Of a DNA stretch of 64,000 nt, positions 22,771 through 36,500 are shown piece by piece. Position 1 is the first letter of the stretch. Each line of letters starts with the position of its first letter. The DNA is from Lepidodermella squamata. Taxonomy: Eukaryota > Animalia > Gastrotricha. The notes beneath the pieces are model-generated. The model had not been told where the DNA came from. It did not search any database and saw nothing but the letters and a program-made list of their open reading frames with translations. Made by a program: the position numbers and the translations under genes. The stretch spans positions 1,240,001 through 1,304,000 of the forward strand of contig JBLDXI010000012.1 in assembly GCA_047495785.1 (NCBI GenBank), written 5' to 3'.

Positions 22771-23918
22771 AACCGGTCGTAATTATAGTATTATTTTATT
22801 TTAAAGACTGCTTAATGTTTTATCAAATTTATTGAATGATTTTGTTGTTAACTATGTGCTAACATTCCGAAAGGACTTGACGGTGAAAAAATGCGCGGTG
22901 CCAAAGATTTTACATCCAATATTAGTGTTTTTATTACTTGACTATGTTTTAGTGCAAAAGGACTTGCCTGTCACCCTTTTCTAATCGAAGATTTTGCTAA
23001 TTGAATTTTTCAAGATAGGTCTGAAATTTCACGTGAATCATGCGTGTAGCCTCTAGCTTTCAATTAAATTTTAATTAAAAATATTGCCTAACATCTGAGC
23101 ATATTTTTTTCGTCCCAGTGAATCTTAATTTTTACGAAATACTTATTTTCTCCGATATTATTTTTGAGCTGCTGAAACGAGTGCTAGTATCGACAGAAGC
23201 TTTCTTTGTTTACCCGGTGTGCATTATTATTTTGATATAAACATGATATACTTGTATTATGAATATTTTACAACATTTGTGATCAAAAGCCTCAAAAACC
23301 TGTGTTTTTAGCTTTCAGAACATTCCCGCTTTTGATCACGTACTGCTATAATATTATATGGTGGAGGTTGCACCAGAAACGAAAGTATTTTTATATTGAT
23401 AAATATTTACTGAAATAAATTTTGATGAAGAGAAAATTGGGACACGTTATTTGCGAGACGCCATTTTTACTACGGCTTTTCAATTTTTGGAGTCGCCGAA
23501 AACCGCGGTAAGTCAGGAAATGGAACACAATAGCGGCAATAATAAGTTCGATGAAAAGCTTACCTCACCTGTTTCCGCCTATTTTGAGAGTTGAAAATCC
23601 CACTTGATTGCGTGGATCGTGGATTATGCGATGATTAAAAGGGATGATGCTGCTGAAGCCAATATAAATAAAGACGATTATTCGCGACATTTCGATTAAA
23701 TCAGTTGAAAAAATGGCGAGACTTCGCATCTGGGCGGTGGGCGGCGGCTCTGGGTGTGAAACGCGAAACCAGAGGGATAAGGGCGTTTAAAACTTCACTC
23801 ATTAAAACTGATTGAAAAATCAGTCGATAAATCGCGACTAGATGAAACCTCCGCTTTCATCATTCATCAACTTTTTCACTCTCTCGATAAGAAATCAACT
23901 TATGTTAAGTCAGCAAGA

Positions 23919-24251
23919 ATGCTCAAGTCGACTTTGCTTGTAGCTTCACTTGCTTTCATCATCGTGGCAGCAACAGATTTCGAGCAACAGCAGACAAGCA
24001 GGCAAAAACGAGTCGGAGCATTCGGCGGATTTCGCCGCATTTTTCGATCGTTGTTGTGCGTGCGAAGTAACGAGAAATTGCTCGAGTATCTGCCGGAACA
24101 AATCGAACCGACCCCTGTAGCGGCCCGGCCAGATAAGCGCTCCTCCTTCGGCTTTCTGCGTGTCAGCGCACCGGCCTTCGGACTATCGACCACGCACGAG
24201 CCGTTCAACGACCACTCGCACCACACGCATCGCACGTTATGCGATTTTTGA
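23919..24251 (+). CDS. Small secreted prepropeptide-like orphan, 110 aa
   Basis: Signal peptide MLKSTLLVASLAFIIVAA; furin-type sites RQKR and RPDKR; AATAAA ~100 nt after the stop. Confidence 0.6.
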   Translation: MLKSTLLVASLAFIIVAATDFEQQQTSRQKRVGAFGGFRRIFRSLLCVRSNEKLLEYLPEQIEPTPVAARPDKRSSFGFLRVSAPAFGLSTTHEPFNDHSHHTHRTLCDF

Positions 24252-25179
24252 GTAATATTTCAGCCACCTTAATTATTCTGTACTCTTTGTTACTATATAC
24301 CCGACAACGTAGGATTCGATGATGATTAATTTTACCACCAGTTTAAATAATTAATAAAACGCGTGCGTTGGCTTCATTTTACATCAGTTTTATTGTTTTA
24401 TTAGCCCTTTTTCGCAAGAAATCCAGCCAGACACGAAATGAAACTTTGTCAGTTTTTTTCCAGAGCGAGTATATTAGTATTATTATTTTATCATCGATTT
24501 TTTTCAATTAATTTAATAGCATTTTTATTGTTAATTAATTATATAAATTAGACGGCTCACTTTGTTGCCATCACAACACAATAAGAAAAAATAAAACGAC
24601 ACGCAAATCAGTATCACGATGAAATGGCACAGCTAACGGTAACAAAAATCCAACGAAACGTGAATTTCGCTGACGTAGAAAAAAACAACACATGCCATGC
24701 AAATTAATATTATTATGATTATATTCAACGACACAAAAAATTAGGCAGGAATGATTTTTTCGCTTCTACGCATCTATTCTTTTGAAGCAGCGAACGAAAA
24801 AATTCCACAGAGCGACGAAAGAACCGACGGACAAAAGGCGCACGTGTCACCATATTTTATAATAATGAGATCAGGGCGAAAAAGGCGCATCCTAATTACG
24901 ATAACAAGCATGTTTATGCTCTTAGAAAAAATGCGAGGTTGTTAAATCTCTCAATCGACGTGAAAGGTAAGGAGAAATCGATCAAAAAACACCAACAAAC
25001 GGCATAATATTTTAGCGTTTCCTCACATAAGGCGATTATACCGATATAAATTAAACTTGGAATGCAACGAAGGAAACAAAACCTGCGATTAATATTAGAA
25101 AAAATTCTACGCACTTAAAACCTGGAAGCTTCTGTCACATCACGATTATAATTAAGATGGATTTTTTTTCTCGATTTCT

Positions 25180-28100
25180 TTAAATTTGAGTTTGTTTAGC
25201 AGCGGCGGCGGCGTGTCGCGATGAATTGCCAGATCCGGGCCGTTGTTTCGGCTCGTTGCCGCTGTACTTAGGCACAGGCGGTGCTTGCATCGACGTCGGC
25301 GATATGGCGTTCGGGTCCGGCGTGCGCGGAACTTTCGGCCGGGACGCGAACGCTTTTTGGTACTCGACGACTTCGGTCGGGCCGGATTGCTGTTGGTTGC
25401 CCGAATCGCCGGATTTCGCCGATTCGGCTCGCGTCGGCGGCCGGTCGCCGTTCGACGACTGCTGCCGGCTCATGGTCTGGCGCGGCGATGGGTCCGCCAT
25501 TGAATCGCCATGGCCGCCCGCCGATTTTGGCGGCCTCTCCGTCGCACTCGTCCTCGATCCTGAATTACACAATAAAAACCGTTCAATTTCTTCTATTGAT
25601 AACGATTGTAGTGCGATGTAAAAAATTGTGTTAGCCATTCATTAGTTCACTCGTTATTGTAAAAGTTCGTTTCAGGTGCGTCAAATTGGGTAGGATATTT
25701 TTTCACTCTTGTGCTTTGACAAAAAAATCACAGGACAAACCTCCCGCACTGCGGCATCGGCGCTTCGTTCCGATACGAGGCGCGAGAACTTGAATTAGTT
25801 TTCCAGGTGGATTAAAATTAATTAGTGCGAGGAACAAAAATTAGGAAAAAATTAAAATTAGCATGCGATTAGTTCTTATTAAATCGTTAATTGTAAGTCT
25901 TCAAAGCAATGAAAAATCATGACCTGATAAATTGCCTTAGTTACTCATAATTCGACTTTTCTAATAAATTATTCAACCAATTTTCCTGAAAAATCATTGA
26001 TAATTTTTCTGTAACTCATAGAGACACTGGTTTTTCTCTGGAAAAGTCGAAAAAGTTGCGGATCTCACTTCCTCGGAACAAAATATTAACAATTTCATTT
26101 GCTTGAAATCCATTTTTTTCCTAATAATTCAAACAATTATAATTTTACAAATATTGCCATTTTTCGAATTTTTGTTCAACGACAGGAAAATTTGGCTCCG
26201 CTAAAAGTCTTTTTGAAAGGTTAGCATTAAACTGAATCTGTTAAAAGCATGCGAATGAAACTAAAGGTAAAAATGTTAAAAATTAATGGGGTGAAATTAA
26301 AAAATTAAAAAAATGAGAAAATTTCTTCATCTTTTTCGGAAATTTTACCATTTGAAGCGGGACGACGTGCCGACAAATTGCCTGAATCATCCTGAGCAAC
26401 AGCATTCGTAACGGGTTTGTAGGACTGGCGGCCGCGGCTGCTGGTCGACGTCTGGCGCGCGCCAGCGTGCACCGGCGTCGACGGGCGCTGCAACGGCGGC
26501 ACGGCGTCTTGTTTAATCGCCGGCATGCCGTTGTTGGTCGCCGCTGTTTTCGCCTTGACGGGGCCGTGGCTCGCCGAGTGGCCGCCGTGGTTAGCACTGG
26601 GCGTCGGCGATTTCAGCGAGTACTGGCTTAGCAGCAACCGCTCGCCTTGTGGCTCGCCGGATTGCGGCCGTAAAATTTCATCACGGTCAAGTTCGACTTC
26701 GAGCGAATCTTGATCATTCTGCGCAAAAGAAAAAAATTGAAAAATTAATTGGTATTAGAATTTCTTAAATTTTTCAAAAAATTCAACTCGGGATTTCAAC
26801 AAATTTTGTCACATAATTTAAAAAAAAATAAAATTCAAATTTCAAAATTACAGGATTTTTCAAATTTTAATTCAAAATTTTCAATTTTTTTAACCCACCT
26901 CTTCTTCATCCTCATCTTCCATATCAGATTCTTTATCGACCTTGTCGTCGGTTTTCTGCATTTGTTTAACAATAAATCGCAGCTGCCGCGTTAGGTCTGA
27001 ATTTTCGTCGGTCATATAGCCTTTAAGGACTTCGTCCAAGTTGACCGCCCGCGCGTGCTCGCGAATGATCGGATGTGAAAGTATCGAATAGAGCGCACCG
27101 TTAACGTACGGCTTAATAGATTGATTATCGTGGCCTAACAAGTCGCTCAACACTTTGATGACGGCTTGCGGATTAGCGGCACATTTGCGCCGGCCCGAGC
27201 TGCGCAGGCACAGGTTCATCAGCAGGGCAATTGCAAATTCGAGAGAGTAGTCAGACAGCGAATCGCTATCGTCCAATGTATCCAACAGCCAACTGATCAT
27301 TTCTAAAAAAATATTTAAAAAATATAGAAAATTTGATTATGAATTTAAATTTATCTCAAATATTAAACATCAAAATATCGCCCTCAATTTTCCAAAAATT
27401 TCTAAAATTTCTTTGAATTTTCATATTAAAATTTGATTCAATACCGAAATTTTCGCAAATCAGAGCGGAAAAAATATCAATTTTTTTATCCATAATTTTC
27501 ATCAATATTTTCGCATTTTCGGCCATTTACCGTTTTCAATCATGACCAGCTGCATGTCCTGGCGAAGGCTGAGTTTCTGCATAGTTGCAAGTACATGCTC
27601 TTTGCCGACCGGGTCGATTACGTCAGCTTTCAGCGCGTTCTGAAGAGCGGCGATCAGCGCCGGGCTCTGCGCCAGGTAAGATCGGCCCTTGCATATCGAC
27701 GCCAGCGTGTTGAACAGCCGCGCCGCGTACTGCCGAGTTATATGGTCGGTTTCAGAGTCCAACATGTTAACGATAGCGGCGTGGTACTCGGACGCCGGTT
27801 CAGAACAGCCCAGAATGTCATGGGCAATTAACGCCTGAAGAACTGTATCACGATGCGGCCCGGCTGCTGCGTGAGTTAACTGCCACCTTAACACACAGAA
27901 AACACCTCATTAACATCATTTTTGTCCAATTTGCCCATAAATTAGAGCCAGTCAGTTTTTTCATATTTCAATTTTCTTGTCTGTGACGGTTGCTAACTAG
28001 GCTTTTTCAATGGGTCACTCAATAAAAATGGTCAAAGCGAGTCAAGTCACGTTGAAAAGCTATGGAAAATACCGCAACAACGCTATAAATAATATTTTTT

Positions 28101-29971
28101 CTTCCTCCGGGATAGTAATAACTGGGCTCCTTTGACGCATGTCCCCGATTCGCTACTGCGCAGCGCTCTAATGAAATTTTTAAGGTATCAATAGAAATGC
28201 AAACAATGTGCGCAAATCTATTACGCGCAGATGTTGAAAAGATGAGCGAATAAACATGATACTTTTATATGCGGTGAAAGAGCGGCGCTATATTTTTTGT
28301 GCGTCACGACTTGTGGGAAAGCTTTTCAAGCCTCGATGAGCACGAATCGAGGCGTGCCGTTGATTATTGTCTCTATTGCGTAAAAAGCAAACCCGGCGCC
28401 ATGGAGGTGAATAGGCGCCGCTTCTTGCCGGCTGCTCTACTTTTTTCGCCAAATTTTATAAACAAGCCAAAAATAGCTCGACAGAATAAAATTTCAAGGT
28501 TAAGACGAAGGCGGATGAGGAAAAATTAATAACCTTAACGCTTGGAGTAACGCGGCGCGTTCACGTGGTTGGCCATGCCCCAGGGCGTTTTTGACCTTAG
28601 GAAAGTCAACTTTTCGAATGAAACGAAGCAAATCCTGTTCGGTCGGCTGGGCGATGATTGACTGGCGCAGAAGTTGACCAGCCGTGCCGGGGCGAGCGAC
28701 TAGCTCGGCGGCAGAGGGGGCTCCTCGGCCGCCCGAAGAATTTGCGAATTGCTGATGATTTGTAAACAGGCGTGTGCATATTTCTTGCAAGTATTCAGGC
28801 GTAATCTGGTGGCCCTGAATTGTAGCCTCCAACGTGTCGACAAGTTCCGCTGTTAGCGTTATCAAGTTGTGGTAGTCGGCCTGAAGGCGGTTAGCGCACT
28901 TTGTGTAATGAAGTGAACGCTTTTCGGCAGCAACAACCTATGATCAAAGAGAAACAAAAGCGTATTAATGATTTATCGGGGCTGAAATTGAACCTCGACA
29001 AGCTAATTCGCGCGACTATAGCCGCTTGTTAACAATGCAATAGATAAACACTAAATGCACTATTTAAGGAGGAGCACGCTGTTGCTACATCTGCGCAGTA
29101 GAAATCGATTGAGCCAAGCAGTTTATATGCGTAATCGACGCGTGTATAGCGACCGCGCGCCTTTATAATTATTTATGTGACACAGGATGTTAAAGCCCGG
29201 GTGTACACGAAATAAAGCAAACAAACGCCTCACCTGCTGCTGCAGACGCTGAATTTCCATCTGATAGTCCGCAGTGGATGGCCCGGCGCGGTATAACTCG
29301 AAAAGGCGAGGTTTAGCAGAACATTCTAGGCTGGAGGACAAAAAGCCTTCAACTCGTCGGCGTAACTCTGATACCCAAGAATCGGCGAATAGAGTCTGAA
29401 ATGAAGGATGTGATCGAGGATTTTGAACATATGGCATCGCGAAATAAGGAATGAATTCGGGCATGTGGCTCAACTCGGTACCACGAGTTTCCAGGTAAGT
29501 TTTGAATTGAGTCATGCCTTCCTCGATTTCAGCTGCATCCTTCTCCGTAATAGTTGTTTTCCGCAAAGGAAAAACAACAAAATGTAACTATATAGGGATA
29601 AACTCAATAAGTAATTGCAAACATTTATCGGGTTTAGAACAAACCTGAATCAAGAATTCGAGTTTTCTTGCCAGCGGATCATCATCGACCAAATGGTGAG
29701 CAATATTTTGCTTCCACACTTTGAAAAACTCTTTCCGTTGGCCGGCATCTAGGAGATGCAGTAACTGGTTTTGTAAAGCTACCGCACGCTTGTTGATCTT
29801 CGTCCCGCCTTCAGATCGGCCAAGACCTGAAACCGGGCGGCCTTTTTCCGCGCATTCTCCATCAAAAGATGTTACAGTTCCGACGAAATTTGCGAAGTTG
29901 AGGTATTCTCGAACAATGGAGTTTAGCTCCGATTCAAAGGGAATGATAGGGGAATTAACTTTGCTAGACAT
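25180..29971 (-). CDS. ARMC9: LisH domain-containing protein ARMC9, ~864 aa; exons 29971-29645, 29587-29234, 28937-28534, 27886-27531, 27302-26899, 26718-26349, 25559-25180
   Basis: LisH segment ELNSIVREYLNFANFVGTVTSFDGEC; LETRGTELS..EFIPYFAMPYV.NPRSHPSF; QADYHNLITLTAELVDTLE; LQALRWQLT; LSDYSLEFAIALLMNLCLRSSG; PYVNGALYSIL. The exons sum to 2595 nt in frame. Confidence 0.93.
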
Positions 29972-31986
29972 CGACTGGGATCCTAATCAGCTAGATGGTC
30001 ACATTCAACAAGTTTATGTGACTTGGATTTTTCTTAACCTTAACACCTATAAGGAAGAATGAAAATTTTATAACAGGCCAAAATAAAAGTGTCGCAACTA
30101 AATATTGACGACTGAAGCAACGATGATTCGGGAGCGGTAATAAGTATTCAAATGCTCAAGTGCAAATTATATTCGTTATTTACCCTGTAACTCAAAGAAA
30201 AGGCAATGCAGAAAGCCGCCGTTCTACAAATTCTGCATTATATATTCTTACTGTAACTGAAAAAGCAAAACCTGGCCACCCTGGCCACGACTCCCATCAA
30301 TCACGCAAGATGCAAGATTGGAAATACTCATCTGAATGCAGGCATGCACAAGTTACAGTTAGTAAAATAAAATGATTAAACTATCCTATATAGCAACCAA
30401 AGAATTAGTAAAACGGTTACAAGCCAAAACAAATGTGACAACGAATATGAAGGGCGGCTTCCTGTCTCACCGTAAACAAAACAGTCAACAGCGACATCAA
30501 TTTCAGAGACTGCGTAGCAAAACTTCGTTAAAAGCGCTACCACTTGGCAATCAAGAATCAATGAATTAGAACAGCGGAAATGCAAGCAGTCAAATATTGG
30601 TCGAGGATAAAATACGCAAAAAGAGCTGCTTGCACACTTGGATGGTAAAAATGTATAGAATAAAAAACTGAAAATACATGAAAGAACTTTTCGGCTTGAC
30701 AGGTTTACTGGTTTACATATACTACCCTTCTGCGAGCGCTAAGATGTATGAGGCTGAATAAGAAATTTGTTTTGGCGCGGACGATGGATCTTTTGTTAGC
30801 AACGTTGGTAGCAACGCAAAATAATTATTTTTTAAATTTAGCATTAAAACTAAACTATTTAGAATTTTCTATTTTGATAATTATTATTTACACCGAAAAC
30901 GGTAGCATGAATTATTGCTGCTAGAAGAATCTCGCGGCTGATTTTCGCAGCAGCTCTGGAGTCTGAAGCGTGAACTTAGTGTCAAGCTTTTGCGTCAGTT
31001 ATGTCCTGCAAGAGGCTGTTTCTTTTAATTGCCAAGAGAGGGGAGGTGATGATGATTACAGACTGGAAGATTTGAAAGCGAGCTGGCTACCCACCCCCGC
31101 TTCCTCCCACTCAAATGGAGGTTTGACGCCATTGGATGTGGTGCCGAACCCCGCTCGAGTTCATCCAAGCCTTTTCGCAGAAGACCGTCAATCTACATGT
31201 GGGTTTCCCCATCTGTCGAGCGAGACAAACATTGAGAGTCAGGGCAACCCACGTGTTCATCCTTAAGCGGCCTCTGCGGATACAACCGTGTCCTCCGTTT
31301 AGGTCCATGACGACGCCACTACATCAGTTTTTGAGATATTCCAGGAGATGAAGTTAAGGGCCAAGAGGGAGGGGAGTGGTCGGAAAAAGCAAGAAACGCT
31401 CCGGTAAACTAGAGGCTTTTCTTGAGATTAGGATTCTTCAATACAGAACCGAGCATTATTTATTTGCGAACAACATTTTTGTTAGCTTTCCAGATATTTA
31501 GTTTAAGCCATCCAGCAGTTTCCCTTTCCGCCGACAACAAGACACTCTAGAATAAAGGTGGAATCTGTTTCCACTTTCCACTCCCCCTCGGATCTTCAAA
31601 TCAAAGACTTCTGTGTACCCTTGACTGCATTCAAAGATTCATAACAGGCTGTGCAGCATAAAGCATAATAACTGTATCACGATCGAAAGATCAAATTTAG
31701 AAATAATATCCTTCCAAAAATGCAGCACGCGCATATTTTCACACGCCAGTCATGCGAGTAAGCTGACATTAACAGCGGATTAATCCACAACGCACTCATT
31801 CGTCGTAAACCTGTCGTTAAACGCAGATAAGCCGAGATCTGTCGCAGTCAAATAATCGTGAACCCGCCTGACAGATGCCGGTGATAAACAGGCTTGATGA
31901 CACGTGTCGCATCGTAAAAATTCAGAGTATGATGACACAGGAATAACCAAGGAATAACGTCATTGACTTTTTTATTACCCTGAAGT

Positions 31987-34972
31987 ATGAAAAAGAGTTT
32001 GGCTTTGTTTATTTTCGTCGTCCTTAACACTGGCGCTGGTAACTTTCAAAATCGACTTGAATAACAAATATTAATTTTATTCATTTCCTACAGTTGTTGG
32101 TCAGCAAACCATTAAATCATACCCAGGGTTCAAATATTTCAATAAATCGTGGTGTCGAGGTGGAAATGGGAAACTGCTGAGCGCAATCGAGTTGGACGCT
32201 GATAAGTGCGCTAAGCTGTGTCTTGAATCGCCGTTAAGTATCGATGGGAGGGAGTGTTACGGGTTCAATTGGCGGCAGAAGGATGGGGTTTGTGCAACGT
32301 TCTCACAAGGCTGCCTATTCTCGGCTAATGCTGAGTGGGGCTTTTACCATCGATCTGAAATAGAGCCAGAACCGATTGTTGCAACTCTGACTCAGATTCA
32401 AACCTTAACCCCGATTACTGCTCGCCGAATAACTACTGCATCAACAAATGGTTTGTTGCGTGTTTAAGACTCCGACTCTATATTTATTTTTTGATCAAAT
32501 TAACAGAGTTCGAAACAGAGATGAGAACTACCGCAATTTCTCCAGCTATCATCACTGCAACAACTGGCTCAACCGCACCAGTTATGACTTCCACGCCCGC
32601 GAGCCAAATTGATACCACTCAGAGTACACGTACCACAACAACAGCTATTCCTGATGCCACAGCAGGACCGTCATGGAGGATTCGCAGAAATACCATATGC
32701 GAGCAGAACGATTTGTTTGAAGCCAAAGAATCCAGAACTGCGACAGGCTTGCGTAGTTGCCAGTCCATCTGCAACGCATGGAGCGATTGTTACGGATTTA
32801 CGTTGTTCTCTCCTGCCAGTGCATCAAACTCTCGATGTTTGATTATTCCGAACTTTGTTCAAGGATGCTCCTTTCGCACGGCAGCCGATGTCAATTTTTA
32901 CGAGAAAGTGCTTCAGGCGAGTCGTGTGACGTCGTCAACATTACCTTCAGCTTCAGGTATAAACTATTCACGGGATCTCTTATTCCTGATATGAAAACGT
33001 TTCAGAAGCCTCGTCAACGACCACTACTGGGAATCCTTCCGCGACATCTGAAAGTGAATTTTCTGGATTTGTGGCTTCTGATTCATTTAGGTGTACTGGT
33101 GATGAGAGTACGAGAATAAGCGTCCTACCTGATCGAAACGAGTGCGCTCGAGTATGTAGCAATGCTTTTGATTGCTTTGGCTTCAACTGGGACGGTTCGC
33201 AATGCGTGGTTAGGAGGTTAGGCTGCTCACTTTTGGCGTCAGACTCAAACTTCAGGTTTTATCGAAAAACTGCTCTTCTCACAACAACGTCATCAATCTT
33301 AACTACGCTGCGCTTTGTAACTTCCACAGCCAGTCGTCTAGTAACTAGCGAGTCAGCGCCATCCACTGAATCTCCAGCAAATGGATCACCAAGCCTGGCG
33401 TATCCCGGCTATAGAGAAATTGAGGCTTCCGAATGCACAGGAGACGATAGTACGCGAATCGCCGTTCTCTTGGATAGAAGTGACTGTCAGAAAAATTGCT
33501 CTAATGTCGTCGATTGCTATGGCTTCGATTGGGACGGCTGCCAGTGCGTTGTCAGAAGAATCGGATGCTCTCTCAAATCAGCGAATCCCTATTCCCGATT
33601 CTATCGGAAATCAATCACACCGGTCTCAGTGAGCACGGCATCAAGCGTTTCTACTAGGGTTAGTTCGTCGGTGTCACCTACTACTGCTTTCCAGGCAGTT
33701 CCACCGAATCTTATTTCAACCCCTGGAGCAATTATTCGCAACATACTGCAAAATTATGAGCTTCAGGAAGGAAAGAGATGCTCCGGTGGAAGTTTAATAG
33801 GATCTGGGACAAACCCCACTGATTGCGCCATACTTTGCGAAGGTGTGCTCTACTAGCCATTAATTTTGGAATCCTGGTGATGATTTTCCTTATATTCGCT
33901 GTTATATAGGCAATATTCGCTGCGCAGGATTCAATTTCGTGTCTGGGGCGACAATATGCGCAGCTCGCACAGACTGTTCAATAAATGACGATGAAAGTTC
34001 AACTTTCTACAGAAAGAAATCCACAGCGAGTAATCTTGGATCATCAGCAGCTTCCCCTGTTACGACATCTCCATCTTCCACAACTACGATATTGAAATCA
34101 TGCAAGTCTCACTTAGCCATAATCACATTCATGAAGTTTTATCTTTTTGAGCAGCCTCGGATGATTCAGACTGGGAGTCGGATCCTCAGTACCCAGGATA
34201 CCGAATTGCTCGAGGTAGACTTTGCAAGGGTTCAAACGCGATAGATTTTCGGGAATTCCCAAGCGACTGCGCGACTGCTTGTCGATCACAATCGTTTTGC
34301 TATGGCTTCAACTACCGCCCATTCGATAACTTGTGCTCTATGTTAACAGAAGGATGCACTGTGACCGTTGACAGCGCTGGTTCTTTTTACATGAAAAGTG
34401 GCTCTTTGTTGCAGATGGTAACGAGCCCGAGCTTGGATGCGCAAAGAAAGGAAGAAATTTCAACTGTCAGGACGACATCCATTGAAGATATATCATCCAT
34501 TCCTAACTCACCGCTATTGGATAACTTTTCGCCGTATGTTAACTCCCGTTGCACTATTCCAGATGATAGGGAAAATTATCCAAATGCTGATGCCTGTGCT
34601 GTGGCTTGTACTGCTCGAAAAGAGTGCATAGGGTTTACTTGGCGATTTTTAAACCCGCTATGTACTCTGCAGTTATCCTCTTGCGTTTCGAAACAATTTG
34701 ATAGAGGTAGCATATTTTACGAGAAAAAGATAACCTCTGCGTCATCGACTAGGGCTGTCGATAAATTCAACGCGATCCTTGGGAAAAGGTGCTCCGCTGG
34801 GACTTCTCGCGCTCTTTTGAGAACTCAGGGATTGAATGAATGTGCTACTGCATGTTTGGGCGATCAATCTTGCGATGGTTTCAACATTTTGGCTGACAAC
34901 AGCTGTACACTGAGAACCAGAGGTTGCCTACCGATGGATGAAGATGGGACAGCCTACTATCAAAAGCAATAA
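31987..34972 (+). CDS. Secreted protein with eight PAN/Apple-like Cys domains and S/T-rich linkers, ~901 aa; exons 31987-32038, 32094-32450, 32507-32956, 33006-33842, 33910-34101, 34155-34972
   Basis: Signal peptide exon MKKSLALFIFVVLNTGA. The pattern C..CxxxCx5-11CxGFx(W/F/Y)..Cx5C..FYxK repeats eight times. All introns are phase 1 (49-67 nt), one probably GC-AG. AATAAA at ~35109. Confidence 0.8.
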
Positions 34973-35619
34973 TGCTAAATCGCTTCACACATGCGAAACG
35001 CCATGAGAGAACTGGCTCTAATTCTATCGCAGGACTTCATAACGACTTTTGAATTCTGCATTGTTTAATTAGCAGCTTTGATCGGTCATTTAATGACAAG
35101 ATATTGTGCAATAAAAAATAATTCGGCTCTTTAAGATGGATGGAAGCAGATGATTCTAAAACTAAACCCAATCTTTTGGCGTGTAAGGATCATCGGCATA
35201 ACTCTAGCATATGGTAAGGTATAACGATCTCAAACACTCGAGTTTTATATTCTTGTGGCTATTGCTGGCCCGAGGCCAAGGAGGTCATCAGCGTGTTATT
35301 TTCTCTAGTTGGTTCTTGTTTGACAGTTGACAGATAGCACGTAAGTACCTAGCAATCCTTTGCTGAATGGGTGGGTTTTAAAGATCTCAATAAAACGAAG
35401 GTCGCATAGGTATATGATTGTAAAAGATCCGAGAACCCGACGAGGACGAACCGGAATACCAGTAGACTATATTGCTCCAGGTGAGCAAGTTGCAGGTCAA
35501 TCACTGCGATGAAACATTCGAATTGCACCGAAATTAAGACTGTTTCATTCAATAATTACGTTGCAATCAAAATGATTTGAAGCTGATATGATACGATAGG
35601 TTCTACGAGCGCGTCTCGT

Positions 35620-36500
35620 TATTTTCTGTTGTCTTAATAGCGTGTTAGCAAGAGCGTAGGAGAGAACTGCCTGCAAGCTAAAATAAGCAATACAATAAAA
35701 TAAAATATATTACATTTGGTTGAATATAGGGTTTGTAAAAATATAAATATAAATTTGGAAAACTCATTTAGTTCGGCACGTAGTTGCAGACGAAGGCGGC
35801 TTTGGTTCGCCGATGGGTAAGACCTTGTGAGAAGAAAGACTCAGAGTAGTATTAATATGCCTAAGGGACTTAGCTATTCTTTTGTGAAGGACTCGGTCCC
35901 GCCTAGGTGGCGCCACCTCAGGAGGGTCCGGTAGTAGTGGCTGAGGCGGATGAGATGGCGCCGGCGGTTCGGTCTTTTCAGTCGAGCTGTTAGGTTTGCC
36001 TTGATGATGGCGTCGTATTTGGCCTGTTCGCGCAGGAATTCGAGCGTGGCTTGCCGGCACGCCTTTGAGGAAGCAGACAGCCTGATCTTCGCTGGCAGCT
36101 GATTCCACCACTGGTTGACCTTGGTTGGGAACGAGCGCTGGCCTGTGGCGAGCTTGCACGATGGCTTGACGTACTTCTTCCCGGTGACAGCGCCTCGAGT
36201 GTTGTCATGCTGTAGGTTCATCGGCTTGACTAGCGACGAGAGTGCCTCGGGGGTCTCAGGATCCCTGCTGCACTTCCGCATGGTTGTAGCCAGGTGGACC
36301 AGTCGTTTGCCTTGCAGATTCACCCATCGCAATCGCACGAGAACTTCATCGGCGGGCACGTCAGGACTGACGTCGAGAATGGCACGAACGGCTTTGTTTT
36401 GCGCGTGTTGAAGTCGATCCAGCTGGGTCTTGCAGCCTTGATCAATGACGGCGTCGCAGTAGTTGAATTTCGATCCAATGGTTCCGTCGTACATCATTGT
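35620..36500 (-). mobile_element. 5'-truncated non-LTR retrotransposon (L2/CR1-like), 3' part of ORF2 plus 3' UTR
   Basis: SKFNYCDAV..LDRLQHAQNKAVRAIL..VLVRLRWVNL..QRSF..VNQWWNQLP is the typical post-RT region of L2/CR1-group LINEs. The block is GC-rich against AT-rich flanks. Ends are approximate. Confidence 0.8.

Noticed and set aside
30970-31400. GC-richer block with short ORFs and imperfect GCCAAGAG..GGGAG direct repeats
   Set aside because: No recognisable protein motif, ribozyme core or clean TSD. Possibly an old TE remnant, but unsupported.
35185-35240. ATG|GTAAG resembling a spliced-leader RNA donor
   Set aside because: No convincing SL stem-loops or Sm site, so no SL RNA gene could be supported in this window.
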